64,000 nt of DNA from Trichoplax sp. H2 (lineage: Eukaryota): contig NOWV01000221.1 of NCBI GenBank assembly GCA_003344405.1, positions 1 to 64,000 of the forward strand, written 5' to 3'. The notes beneath the pieces are model-generated. The model did not search any database and had not been told where the DNA came from. It saw nothing but the letters and a program-made list of their open reading frames with translations. This document shows, piece after piece, positions 1 through 14,322 of the stretch (position 1 is the stretch's first letter; every line of letters begins with the position of its first letter). A program made the translations under genes and the position numbers.

Positions 1-2488
1 TATAGGAAAATTTTATTATCTAAATCTAAACTGCTGTGGATAACTGCAATGGTATATCGTTATCTCCAATTTATTTACTATTTGTTTTAATGTATGAAAT
101 TTAATTTAAATAAATAAGTGCCCTAATAAGGCTTCGACTTTGCCCAGAAGAATGATTCCCGGCAAATCACTTATCAATTACCTATTTAATCTAGTAAAGC
201 TCTGTCTATCACCAAATATAATTTTACGGCTTATCGAACCTACTTTTTCTGTTATCTAATTGTACTGTTGTAGCTACTTGCTATATTATGAGCAATTTAC
301 GAGAAGAAAAATGAGAAGAAAAATTTCAAAGAAAATAGGCGTGGATAGGATGCTCTATGTTCTAATGACTGCTATTAAAAAATTGACGAATACTATTATT
401 ACACCGGTCTTTAAGTAACTGACGGTTCACTTTCATCTACTGTAAGTTTTATTCCTTGCTGTAGATAGCTCTACCACTGAATCTTCTATAACTTACTAAG
501 ACAAAGAATGTTCAAGACATTAGTCTCTAGTAGATTCAGATAAGAAGCGATACAGTATAATGAAAAGCATACAGTATCTATTTACAACAAAAACCAACTT
601 ATCAAGCAGTAAAGAATTGCAACTAAGTATTAGAATGACTTGAACTCTTTACAATGTCACCGCAAATTTGACTGGTGCAACTCATGTAATAATTCTACGC
701 TAGACATATATGCGATTACGCCAATAAATTTTATTTTATATGATGTTATAGTGTTATAACACTGAATTTCAGAAATTAGATAGTAATGTTTGTGTAGGGC
801 GGTTTTGTTGGGTTAGACTTATCTAATCGGTTTCTGTTGAGATATAATATATTTTTAATATATCGTTGGATTTTCGTGAGACAGCAAAACTGAAATTCAT
901 AGTTATTTAATGGTGATAAGAATGATTTACATATAGTTCGAATGACTATGATCGTAACTAACTAAAGATGGATTATTAGTTTTAAGAATATTCCGTACAT
1001 GGACGTAACGTAATCCGATTATCATGAATAAATTATTGGATATTTATGTTCGATAATACTTTTGTCTTCATTAATTGGCGGTACATAGGATCAATATCAA
1101 ATCTATTGGAAGGCTTTAAAGCCAATCATGTTATCTAGAACTTATAAACTATTGCCGAAATATGCATAAATTGCAGTATATTATGTCATAAAGGTAATTC
1201 TAGAAAAACTGTGTTTGATCTGACTACGTCGTGTTCAAATCTCGTTCATTGGAGTGATTCTTTCGATAGAGTAGGCATTATTACCTAAGTCCATTAATTG
1301 TCATCATGCACAATTTCATTTATTCAAAAATTTTAAAATCCTTATAAACTAGTTTATTTTATATCTGTTAATTAGTAAACATCGCGTTACATTCATGGTA
1401 CTCTACTGCTCCTATTAATTAACTTAATATCATTTTTGGATTGAGAGGAGGGTTTCCTTGTCTTTGACATGAGCATGTATTCATAGATTCTCAAATTTTA
1501 TTTGCGATAATTATGTTACTGTTATGATCAGTCTTAACTGACCACATCATTTACCTTAACAACCATTTCCCACCGGCGAAATTTTAAATTTTTGGCGCAA
1601 AGAAAATTGTAATACAACATAAGTTCATATATTAGATTATAGTAAATTAAGTCGAGATGACCTAGAACTATGACAATATTTGTTTGAAATTTAGAAGTTA
1701 GTTAGTAATGGAGAATAATCACACTATTGCTACTTGATTTAAATAGATGGAAATATTTTTATAATTAGATTTTATTATCAAATTACTTTTTTAAAATACT
1801 AACAAAATAATTTCCAGGTCTATGCAGGATTAATATTAACATCTCACATGAATTTGCCATGCTTTAAGTTAATTATCACCCTATTAAAGTAATTTCATGA
1901 AAATGGTATTGGATTAAATGGATACAGTAATTGTTCTGTAAAAACCTCGAAAGTGCTGATCTGCAGGGGAACATAATATCGGGAATGTTGTACTTGTAGT
2001 ACATTATAAGACAAAAAGACTGGATTATGATGTAATGATACATACGGTAGCTATGAAAGCATTCTTTATTTTTTGATTCCAATTCGATGATTGCCAATAT
2101 ATGATTTTCGTTAGCAGATAAATATTAAGTATTAGTTAATGCATATCATGATGTATCACATTATATGAAACTATATTAAAGATTGCTAGGATAGAAGTGA
2201 CGAACGATCTTGTGAATATCTTATTACGTAATCATGGTTAGATATTTCAATGCTGCGTGCTCAAAATTTATTGAGTTATTACCTAGTATTCTGTTAGATT
2301 TGAATGTAGAACGATATCGATTATAATTTTAGAACGATTTAAAGTTAACAATTTATTTATTAATTAGTCTAATCATGTTAAAATAAATAAATCGTAAAAA
2401 TGAGCAACGTATAAGAAATATATTTTCATTATCGATATGGTTAGGTTTAAATTAATTGATTAGTGTACTTTTGAGAATATTTGCAATA

Positions 2489-5400
2489 TCAGTTCATCGT
2501 ACAATTACATTGCCATGCAAATTTATGAACACTTTCATTCCAGGGAGTAAAACTTGAATTTCGAATCATAATTCCTTTCTCTGATACTAAAATTTTAAGA
2601 ATGTTTTATGAATTTAGATTTATTAATTATTAATATATTCTAGATAACATAATCTCCAGCGACGTACGAATATAGCATAATTGCGATAAATTTATTAATT
2701 CGCCTACAGTGATCAGGTTTAAGTTTGATCATAAAGGTAAAAAAATAGAACATTTATATGACAAATACAATAATTTCTTGTATTTAGACAAGCATTTACA
2801 TATTTTAATCACCGTACCTCCTAATTGTTTACCATCAGGTAAATTGTGAACATGTGGTAAAGTCGGTACTTCTGGTAATTCTTCTGAAATATTAATAGCA
2901 GGAGTATAATTGGAACTGCTTTGGATTTGCCGGTCTGGTATTGATCCCCATGCTGAATAGCTTTCGATATTTCTCATATAAATTTTTCCATTTCTTGATA
3001 CAACAAATAAAGTAGACATACTGCGACCAGCAATATTACCAACCATTGGATCCAAATCTAAGTAAAATAGAAGTATTGTATCATCCTATTTACGTATTCT
3101 TTATTGATTACCTCGATGGTTAATTTATTTCATCACTAATCAATAAACTGCACAAATTATTAATTATTCTAATAGAGCTATTTAAGCTTTTCTTTCAACC
3201 CATCATTCATGTTTTACTCTCGGAGATGAAAACATTTAGATCATTGTTGCATTTCAAATGCCTTAGGTATTTCATATTAATTATTTAGTCTTTGTTTATG
3301 ATAATAAGTTGTTGTCTAGTAAACATATTATATATTTATAACTATAGAAATGTAGTCTCATAGATAATCTATACTAGAGTGGTGTTATNNNNNNNNNNNN
3401 NNNNNNNNTCTCAAATACTTCTCTCATAGAAACTGAAAGTACTGGGAGAAATAGCCCAAGTTTTAAGTAACTACACTAGAGTTCTTTACTTTCCTTTGCC
3501 ACAAGTGAGGGTTGTGACACCATCATTCATGCATTACTCTCGGAGATGATAACATTTAGATCATTGTTGCATTTCAAATGCCTTAGGTATTTCATATTAA
3601 TTATTTAGTCTTTGTTTATGATAATAAGTTGTTGTCTAGTAAACATATTATATATTTATAACTATAGAAATGTTGTCTCATAGATAATCTATACTAGAGT
3701 GGTGTTATTACCTATCAATTTTGAGCCATTAAAATAAATGCAACGATTTTTCCATCTAGAAATAATTTCAACAAAAATACTAACGCTTAGTGAATAGAGT
3801 ACAAGTGAGCATGGCATTAGAATTAAATTACTTCTATAGACAAATACATAGATTCTGTATAATAAATAGCCTGTATTACATATTTGTTCATCACACTATT
3901 CTCAATAATGGAGTAACAAAACTCCTTTCAATTAATAAGCTAGAAATTACCCCAATTTCGTATTTTCTCGCGTGCAAGCAAAAAATCCATTTTCATATAC
4001 TAAATAATCGCGAAAATGAAATTCTGGAAAAAAAGGGAATTGTTTGAGGTTATAAACAATTAAACAATAGAATACCTCCTGTTATGAGAAAAATTCGTAA
4101 ATATCACCATTAATTATATAGCTAACCTGGTAAATTTCCAGAAGGTACGGCAGATGAATTAGCAATTGTAAATTGGGTGTTTTCCTCTGTATTATTATTA
4201 AGACATAAACAAAATTTGATGAGTACGAATTCAATGGCAAACATAAAGTAATTAAAATTTTAGTGGTTTACTAGCGTTCACCTTGATGTATAAAAGATAC
4301 CGACATTGCAATTCTTGGTATATAGATTTTTTCGTTGTTGATAGGATTTTCGTAGTAGCTGTTAATAATTAAAATCAGATTCTGAACTGGATCTTGATTA
4401 ATCTTTTTCTTCATGGTGACGTTAAATACGACTATCTCTTTTAATTCTAGACTCCTTAACTAGGATATAGCAGAAAAATTGAAAAAGACAATATTACTGA
4501 TAAATGAGATGTATTAAATAGAATACCTTCTTAATGGTGTAAAGAAGTGGCATCTTACCCACAAATTGAAAGTGTGCACTGAAAATTCGGATTGATAAAG
4601 TGACGTTGAAACATTGCTAGCACATGAAATCCCTTCCATATAGTGAGGAATTAACCATTTCATGGTTATATTATTTGCCTTCCAATTAGATACTGTAGAG
4701 TGTTGAATCCTTATTGTGTAATCAACAGTTTGCCTAATATAAAAAATACAAAGAGTTGTAGTCAAGTTCAGTATATAGCCTGTATATTATTAAATAAAAA
4801 TGAATGATCTAAATACACTTTAATTGATTTAAGTTATAGCCATCCTTATAAAAGATTCAGCTTTAACAATGATCAGTGCCAACCTTGAGAATCTGATCAG
4901 TTACAATGACCGAATATATATACAGTAGATAAAATAGGTATTAACAAGATTTTATAGCAAAGCTAAAAATTTATCTCCGATTCTACAGGTTATCTACGTA
5001 CTGTATTTATCTCGTACTTATACTGGAAATAGTAAAATTTATAAAGTATTTTACTGCGGAAGTAAAGATCTTATAAGTTAACATCGTATCATTTCAGGTT
5101 ATGTACTATACTAAAATTGCAATCAATCAAGTCAAAGATGGTAACTTTTAAACTGCTTCAACAATGAACATATTAAATGACGATAAATTCAATACTCGAG
5201 TTAGTCACAGAATAGGGCAGTGGCAAGATTTTAATATCTATAATTATAGATACAGGTAACTTTTAAATCTTTGGTTATAATATTTATAAAATAAGTCCGA
5301 TTGGTAGATTATATTCTCTTATGAGTTGTTCTTGAACACCAGAAGTGCTAATTTTAGCTGATCTGCTCCGAATTGGGTAACATTAATCATATTTAACTGA

Positions 5401-8400
5401 TGTGTTTAGAAGAAGTATATATAAAGTACTGTAATAAAGTAAGAAATAATTTGGTTATGAATTTCCTTTTAATGTCTTGCTTTGAGTAGAACATGTTCCC
5501 GTTCATTTGAACGGGAACTTTACCACTAGGAGTAATTGTAAATACTTTCATTTAGGCTGCTTTGCTCAAGATGTGTCGTATTAAAGAAGTAGAGCATACA
5601 AACACCAGATGGTCTTGTAATACCATAGGCTCGTCGCTTTTTACATTCATTACGTACTTTAGTTGGCAATAGAATTATACACGTAGTTCTTAGGGAGGTT
5701 TATAGTTATCATGAATGTGCTCTTTTAACAAATATTAAGAAAATTATGCTACAGCATTGAAAATTTTTTGGTTTTAGTACAGTACGTTTTTTTTTGCAAA
5801 AGTTACATATTAAACGGAATGCTTCTAGGCAAAAACTTTACATCTATCGTTACGTGAGTGGCCAGTAAATAATGCTCACTAACATTTGTTCTATTGGTTC
5901 TGTGGCGTTATGGCTGCTATCAAACTTCAAATCTGGAGCATAAGATGTCAAATTATGGATCGCGATATAGACTGCTGATTTTGAAGTTAGAACCGCATTA
6001 GGTCCCGCAATAACATTACACTGTATCCAGTAATGATTATGGTTATAATTAGTAGTGATTGCTGCTAGTTTGACTGTGAAAGATATGCTGATATTCCTAT
6101 CTTCCATGGATGCATGCTTAGGTGATGAAGCCATTCCAAAATTTAAAATACCCCTACATTCAAGAAGTTAAAGCGAAATACCAAATTTAATTTTGTAATT
6201 TTGAGTGAGCATTAAAGAAACCGTAACAATGAAAAGTACAATAAAAAGATGAACTTGGCAATAGATTACTTTGTCTTAGCTGCAATTGCATCTAGATCAT
6301 TATTATGGTATGTAAATAAATTATTCCATGAATTACTATAGACAGCATTGCCAACACTATCGACTTGTGCATGAACCAGTTCCAAAATTGCTTCACCTCT
6401 TGAGGCATATATTTCAATAGTGTAATTGCTTGGAATAGGAATAGTTGTGATTTGAAGGTTAAATTCAACTTCTTGTTGTAAGTCGGTAATATTAGTTGAT
6501 GTGTCAGGGCTTATAGTAATAATTGGCGATTCCGTATAGTCTATTGGATTGCTTATAGTTTTAGCAAAATATGCAATTGAAGCGCCATCAGAGTAAGTTA
6601 TTTCCAATGAACATTGCAGCGTATCATTAGGATTAACGATAGGAGAAACTGTCATACTAATCCAACCTACATCAGAAATGAATATAGTGCACATCTTTAA
6701 TGGTTCAAATTTAATAGGATGAATTAATTGCTTGTTGTTCTGCTTAAATAAATCCAGATATATACTTTAACATTTATTTAGGAAGATTAATTTTAAGTGG
6801 CTCTGCTAACTATATCAAGCAATCATTTACGAGTATCTATATGCTAAAGTTGGACAATTTAGAACCATTTTATTGCTACAATTTCGAAATAGCTTAGAGA
6901 AGAGAAATGATTCAATCAATTTATAACTATTTTATCGTCAAATAGATAGGCAAAACTAGTTTAAGTTTTTGCAGTAAATATTCTGAAATTTGTTGTGAGA
7001 CAGAACAGTTTTATGACATTGCATTAACTAACCTGTAATCATTTTGTGAGCGGGTAGATTATCAACTGTGACATAGATGCTAGAGTTGACAATGTAACTG
7101 TCAACATCAATAGTTATATTACAATCACCACTGGAATTATACTGACATTTCTTATTAGAAATATCCTCAATAGAAACTTGAATAGTGTTACCACCACCGA
7201 TTTTTGGATTCAATTTAGGTTTTGGATCAAACAACTGTATCGAGATGTTTTTAGCCATTTTATGCTCCGTTATATTGGTGCAAATTGTGAAGTTAAAATA
7301 TACAGTATCATTGGGCTGAAAATCATTCCCAACAGTAAAGGTTGCAAAATCAATTTCTAGATAGTTGTTGCCAAAGTTATTACTTTCCGTAAAGATATCA
7401 ACTTCTATTCCAGACGGTGTCGGTGCCTCTGTCGCAGGTTGTACGATATAGAGCGGCCATACCGTAGATTCGATTGATGAAGCTCCAATAGATATTGAAG
7501 TAGTGCTGTCTGGGTTGAGTTTATTAGTAAATGAAGGAGAAATGGAAAATTGAGATTGAACTTGATTCCATGCTACAATAGAATTTGATACCATACTTGT
7601 TGCAGTAGTTGCCGAAGAAGTTGAAAGTGATAGCTGCGCAGTTTGCTCACTAATAGAACTAGAAAGAAGAGCAGAAAAACTTGTAAAACTAATTGAATTA
7701 ATCAGATTGCTGGTTATCTGCGCTGTTGATTCTGTATTGAAAGATTGTTTAGCTGATATTTGATGGGATAATTGTCCGCTTAATTCACTTAAACTCGATA
7801 CTGTTAATGCGTTATTACTTATAGAACTACCGACAATTGTTGTAGCAAAAGTTGTCATGCTAGTGGCCCCAAGAGAAGAATCATCAGTTGTAGACGCAAT
7901 GATGTTACTTAGAATGGATGTAGCTGAAGAAATAGCGCTGTTACTTTCTAATGAAGATGAATCAGTATTTAAAATATCTGTTGATTCACTGTTCGTAGTG
8001 GTAGTTGACATCGCGGACGAGAAAAGATTAATTTTATTTATCGATGGTGATATTTCAATGTTGCTGGTGGCTTGAGTTGCTTCATTGATTTCAGGCTATG
8101 ACAAAAATCATTAAATTGATATTCGGCAATTTATTTGTTATGCAAAAGCTATCTTAAAGCATTAATTCAAATTTTAGATTAGATTTTCTGGCTTAAAACT
8201 ATATAGTAAGTACGGTTATACTTTCGGATCTTATTTGGATACACGGTCTAATAGCTTAGCCAATGATAAATTCTTGGCTAGCATTTATGCTTATGATACC
8301 ATTAGTAATGGATTTACTTACCTCTGGATCACTATAGTATATGAAGCTGGTAGTTACGGATTTCGAAATACCAATAGCAGGCTTTACTTTTATATCAGCG

Positions 8401-11400
8401 TAAAATCGGGTATTATTAGCAATACTTGCATTAGATAACACTGATAGATCGATAGCTACTCTAAAAGTAGTACTGACAATCTCTTCTACCTGTATACTAT
8501 TAGAAACAAGGCGCAGATTGATACTAGATTGCCAGTTAAGATTGGAAACATTTGATGGTATCAATTTTACTGGAAATATGGATGAAATATTGATGCTTTG
8601 ATCAGTTTCTGTTACAGTCATATTATTCACAGATAGCATTCCTTTTCCTAATTGAAAAGGAAGATTCACTGAAATGGTTAAGTTATTAGTAGACGATTTT
8701 GGAAGAGCAATATCAGCATTGATAGTGATGTTTTCGCCAGATGTAAGCACTGTTGTATTAGTGTTAGCAGTGATGTTCAAAGTGTTTGTGGTGTTGATTG
8801 TTGTAGATAGTAGCATGCTTGATATTTGCTCACCATTTATTGTAAGGTATTTGACGTATACCTTGGGCTGTATGCTACCGAAATAGCCGAAATAAGGCGT
8901 TAGTAAGATTGATATTGAGCCAGAAACAGTAGAGCCTATGTCCACGATGTCAATGTTACCGTAAATCTGTTTGGTGTCCTGAAATATATAATAAAGATAG
9001 GGCGTACACATTTGAGGCTGTGTGGTCAGGGAATAATTGAAGGTATTAGGCACTGTTGTAATAGCATCGGAACCAAAATAAGTAATATTAAATTGATAGA
9101 TGGGTGTTATGCCGGTATTGACAGCAGTGTAATTATAGAGTAAAATATCCCCAGCATTATAGTTCAAATTTGTATCGTTGAGGCTTTGTAGCGTGAGAGT
9201 AACTGTAGGTGGTGCCTAGAAGTGCATAAAATAGAGTAAGTTGTTAGATTTTAGTTGCATCGGATTTAACAATAATTGTCGGTAAAGTATAGCTATTGCG
9301 AGGTAACGGGCTGATCTCAGAACAATTTGAAAGCAATTAAGAAAAGTATAAAAATAAGTTTAGTAAAATCAAACAAACCTATCGGTACGATTTTAGTATT
9401 TTTAAGCCTGATGGGTTATAAATTAAAATCAGAATAATACATATTGAAGGCACTCCTCAAAAATTTTTTGGAAATATTGGAATTATGCACAGTGCTTTAT
9501 CAACGAACAAGAAATTTAAAATTTACAAATTGCAGTATGTCGTAGTCACTATGACATCATATCAAATCATTTGTTAGAACAACCACATTAATAAGCATTT
9601 GAGCATTACAGGAAGAGCTAAACTTAAAATTAGAAATTTAATTTTCTTATAAGCACTTATTGGTTAGAACAAAATCTTTACTAAAGTCAAATTAGTGGAC
9701 AGTTTTGAGACTTTTGTTTTAAAAATTTTAACCTCTCACGATATCAACTAACCTCTTGGCGAACTGTATTGAAAATTGTCAGACCATGCATGCCAGTCCA
9801 AATTGTTTCATTTAACGTAATAACACTGACAGCTATCCATTGCGTGCTGTTATTAATAACATATGTAGTATTTAAATAGGTAGCGTTAAAGTGGATAGTA
9901 ATTTGTCCGTTAGCAACATTTACTCCTTGCTGCAATTCAGTACTTTCTGTATTCGTTACATTACCTATCACATCAACAATAAGTAAATAAGATAATTAAT
10001 ATTTTAACATAGGTACTCTGTTATCTGATAGAGGCATCACGTTTATCAGTATTTATTCACCTAAATCTAATGTAATCCGATCGGCTTGTCCTCCTGAGAA
10101 CGCGCTATGGAAGATTGCTTTCGACGAATCGCTTATTACGACAGGTGTTACTGCAGAACCAACACTAGCTATTTCCAATGTATCCATTTGGACTTGTGTA
10201 TGATTACATATTGGCAAAGCATCGATTTCAATTGAAATTGGCACAGTACCATTTCCCAATTGAACAACCAGTTCATAAGATATTTGTTGACCTGCTTCAA
10301 CAGTGGTAATGTTGCGGATAGGCTGCAGTTCGATTGACGGCATTGTAGGATCCTATAATTAATCATAATTAGTCTTACTAAAACCTGTTACAGAATATTA
10401 GTTATTGTAATAAATGCTCGATAAGGTAAATTAATTGTGTTGGTTATACGTTATTGATACTCAGTATCTTTACGCAAATATTAGGATTGATACATGATAT
10501 TGAGTATTTTTTGGACTGGGAGTTAATCTTATAGAAGAGTTAAGATATTATAGTATTAAGATATTAGTATAAGATCATTAGCTTATAATACCTATAAATA
10601 CCCTGACCACATCAAAAAACAATCTAAATGGCTCATGATATCTATTCTGAATTTCCAATATCTTGTTTGTAGTTTAACATTTTAGTATTTTACTGATACT
10701 TTAATCGTTTTTAAACTAAAGAATAGAACTAGGTCGCAGACATGAAAGTTCTTCACTAGCGGTTAGATTTTAGAAACAAATTTTAGGAAATGCCGTATAT
10801 CACATAAATTGCCGCTGATATAGAATCGTAAGTAGAAATTTTCCTTGCAAGTTAAGTTAGTATATCACAGATTAGAATCTATCCAACATAGTTTTTAATA
10901 TTTTGCTCATTTATTTTGTAATGGACGCGTATTTATAATTAAATGGTCGCTTAATACGTATAATTTCTCATGCATTCAGAGGTAAAGTTAACATAATCTT
11001 TAGAATATAATATTCGAAACGCGAAAGGAATGGATCGTTTCGGGGTTCATCTAAATTTAAAATTTAAGACGATGTGATAGATTTCTTGATATAGCTGTAA
11101 AATCAAGCAAGTGTCCGCCTTGCTGAAACTAGTATATCGTATTAGTAAATTTCAATTTCATGATAATTATTTCAACATTAGATTCCGATGTTACTATCAA
11201 TGTTGATTAATCAATACCGTAATATGTACAGCATATCAGTAATGATTTCTAATTTAAGAATTTTTTAGTAATTGACTATTCGAACCGTTTCGCTGATATT
11301 AAAAGTTGCAGATCTACTGCTTAATGGAGTTAAAGGTTTATGATCTCTTAACAGTGTTATAAGTATGCATTAAGTTACTGTTTATTATAAAGTAAACCTA

Positions 11401-12391
11401 CAATTGATAGGGGAAGACTTCGTTTCCAGCGGTGATGGACTTGCTGCCTTTCGTCTTCATATTGATAGTAAACGTATAATTTAAGGGTTATTGGTAGCCG
11501 AGTATTCTCTGTGCCTTCTTCGACGCCAATTAGTAGTTTATCTTGATAGCGATGTATTAGCTGTTTATCTATTTTGTAGTAAATTTCTCCCGTTTGAGGA
11601 TTAATTCGAAATGGTGAATTTTCGTCGACGATGAAATATTTTAAATTTTGACAGCCGCAAGAGTTTTCGCAGTTATGATTAGGTTGTATTTGAAAGAAAG
11701 CTTGTCCATGCTGCAAAGTTTGGATCGATAAACTGGTATAGAAGGTGCTATTCTTAATTGCTACAATTAATTTTCAGTAAGGATGTTGTAAGTTAATATA
11801 TATGTATATATATATACAAGTTTAATCCTCTCAAAATTTTTGGCACAATTTAGCTCAATACGGATGCTGCATTAATCTATTATTCTTATTTAAAATACTA
11901 TGGCGATTTAATACTTATAATACCTGACAATTGGCAATTTTCTCCTATGAAGCAGTTATTGCAAATACATTTGCCGTTTATACATCTTCCGTGAATACAT
12001 TCCTGATCAATCGTTCTATCAACGGCAATTTTACGCAAAAATAAAATAAGAGGTTACAGGATTTCAGCGTTGTTGTTACGGGAATTAGATATTTCTTACT
12101 TATAGCAGGAATTGTTACAAATATCACATTTTTCCGCAAAAGTACTTTCGTCTTCGTTTAGGATCTTTCGGCAATTACATTTTTCTGAACAAGTACTAAG
12201 TTTATTTACATGACATATTTCACTGGCGAAGGCTGTCAAATAAAGTTAAAATAAGCAAAATTTCATTTCACTTATATTGAAAATGATACTAGTAATTAAA
12301 TATTGTCGTCTAGTTTTGATATAGATTACTTACTTGGTGAGTTAATGTAGATAATTAATAAGAGTAGCAAAGATCGAAAAAAGTAAGTCAT
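2489..12391 (-). CDS. Large secreted multidomain protein (~1,600 aa): signal peptide, Cys-rich + EGF-like, cadherin-like domain, furin site, beta-sandwich-like repeats, Ser/Thr-rich mucin-like tract, Trp/Cys C-terminal domain
   Basis: Manual GT-AG exon chain (minus): 12391-12334, 12232-12100, 12015-11924, 11760-11402, 10352-10061, 9964-9753, 9215-8322, 8095-7033, [6843-6831 tentative], 6764-6270, 6153-5884, 4733-4559, 4459-4282, 4186-4127, [3870-3712 tentative], 3057-2818, 2586-2489 (TGA). N-term MTYFFRSLLLLLIIYINSPTFA is signal-like. CIHGRCINGKCICNNCFIGENC is EGF-like. LKYFIVDENSPFRINPQTGEIY is cadherin-like. HHRWKR-S is a furin site. Ends FAWQCNCTMN*. Confidence 0.8.
3200..3708. repeat. 189-bp near-identical duplication (3200-3388 vs 3520-3708) flanking gap 3389-3408; probably two alleles assembled in tandem
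   Basis: Direct comparison shows only a few substitutions; the first copy ends exactly at the N-gap. Confidence 0.85.
3409..3519. mobile_element. Right-hand end of a putative heterozygous insertion ending ...GGGTTGTGACA (LTR- or Ginger-like terminus)
   Basis: Allele-specific sequence between the gap and the second duplicate copy ends at TGTGACA (3513-3519), exactly where identity with the other copy begins. Confidence 0.55.
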
Positions 12392-14322
12392 TTCGAAAAG
12401 CTAGATAAGATGTTCATTAATAGCGAAAGAATTCCGTAAGCCAATTTACAGTTCAAAAATAGTAGCAATCAGAGAAAAATGCCATTGCCACAAAAGAAGT
12501 ATATCGCGGTGCACCTGCCAGCTAGGAATATTATTAATTCATGACGATCGCTAAAACAAATCATAATTAATGCATAACCCAGTAATACAGATAGAAATTC
12601 TTTTCATTTACGCATTGAAACCTTTGAAAAATAAATTAAATGTTGACAATAGATGCTTTAGATTACGATAGAATTTAAATAATATTAAAATCTCAAGAAT
12701 AAGTAGATTGAAACTATAAGCTACAAATTTCGACATATTTGTGAAACTAATTTGCTAGTTTTCTGGTATTTATAGCCTAAAATTTTCTTTTTCATTCTTT
12801 GCGTAAGCAGTAATTTTATAGTAAGATAGATTTCCGCGCGTCTTAAATTTAAAATATTATATCTCGGTTTCAAAAATTTCATCGCATAATTTTATAAAGT
12901 ATCAGCTTTTTTAGACTTATTTATTACCAAATAAATCTTCTATAAATAATTGATTGAATAAGCATTTAGTTTCATTTATTAGTCTGTAGGTGAGAACGAC
13001 TAGACGGTATCAAATTAGATGAATTCTTAAGAGAATTGCAATCATTGTCCATGCAATTACTGTTTAAAGTAGGTAGGTAGCAAATGAAGAACTATTTACA
13101 TTAAATTGCCATACGTAATTTTACCTCAGATAGTACGATAAATTGAAGTGTGCATTATACGATATAAAAGCATATAGGTACGTATATAAATGTATTGATA
13201 TTAATAATCTTTACTTTAGATGTTCACAGTTCTTTGGATTTCGAGCAAACTTGTGACAATACGTAAGTTTTATTCATCTATATAAAGAAACGATAGAGAA
13301 CTACACAAAATTTACCTATGAATTCCTGCTATTTCCTACGACTAACCATCTATCCTGTAAAATATAACGGACAAGAAATGTTAGTGGATAAAACTATTAA
13401 TTTGGGAAATGAATATTTACATCAATTATTACAAACTAGGAATAATTACCAGTAACGCAATAAATTAAGATAATTAATATTTCATTCCGCCTAATTAAAA
13501 ATTCGGCTTTAACTTAATCTATCTTTTAAATAGCCAAAATTTATAGGCTCATATGATACAATTCACTTATCAAGTGGCTCATCAATCCGCCGTAGGAATG
13601 AAGATTAACTCTGTTAATGTATTCTGTTAATATAAACCATTGTAAAGCTACGCTCCTAGCAAACGAATGAATACGGTACTATTTGCATATTATTCTATAA
13701 CAAAATTTAGTGGTTGCAATTAATGCTATTCTAGGCCTAGTTTGTTAATTTGAATGTTGCTTGGTAAAATTTTTTTAAAAGGAAATTGCTTTACCAAGCA
13801 TTTCCATCAATATGAATATTTGACACTAGCAAATGCTGATATAACCTTTCGCTACGTTGGCTGGTAGAAAAGGAATTTTAAATTACCAGCAGCTACTTTT
13901 ATAACATAACGAGCATGGGTGTGCAGATAGCAATAGGATGAAGCTAAAAAGCGGCTATAAGATCTAATACAAAAACGTGTATAGTTAGATGTAACCGTTT
14001 AAATGATTCAATTTGCTTTGCCGAAGCAAGTTTTGGTAAGCTGTTTCAGTCAACAGAACGTTAAGGTTTGCTGTTTAGAGTACAATTGATTTTAATCGTT
14101 AGAACTATTTTTGTAGTCTATAATATACATAACATATAGTTAGATATAATCTTGTGGATGCTCTCTGCAATGAAGATTTTAAACAAGATTGATTGAACCG
14201 TCGTATTTCGGGATTTCAATATTGTTCCCGTTAGGGCTTTCTCGACCAGAAATAGATATTGTTTTGCTTTCAAATAAGATACTACCTTGCTGAAGGCAAG
14301 AAATAGTAAGTAGACCTGAATC

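Noticed and set aside
1..2400. ORF 1876-2097 and other possible genes at the window start
   Set aside because: No recognisable motif or consistent exon chain; composition looks non-coding.
7178..8886. Plus-strand ORFs 7178-7360, 7857-8075, 8235-8438, 8674-8886
   Set aside because: Antisense shadows of long minus-strand coding exons.
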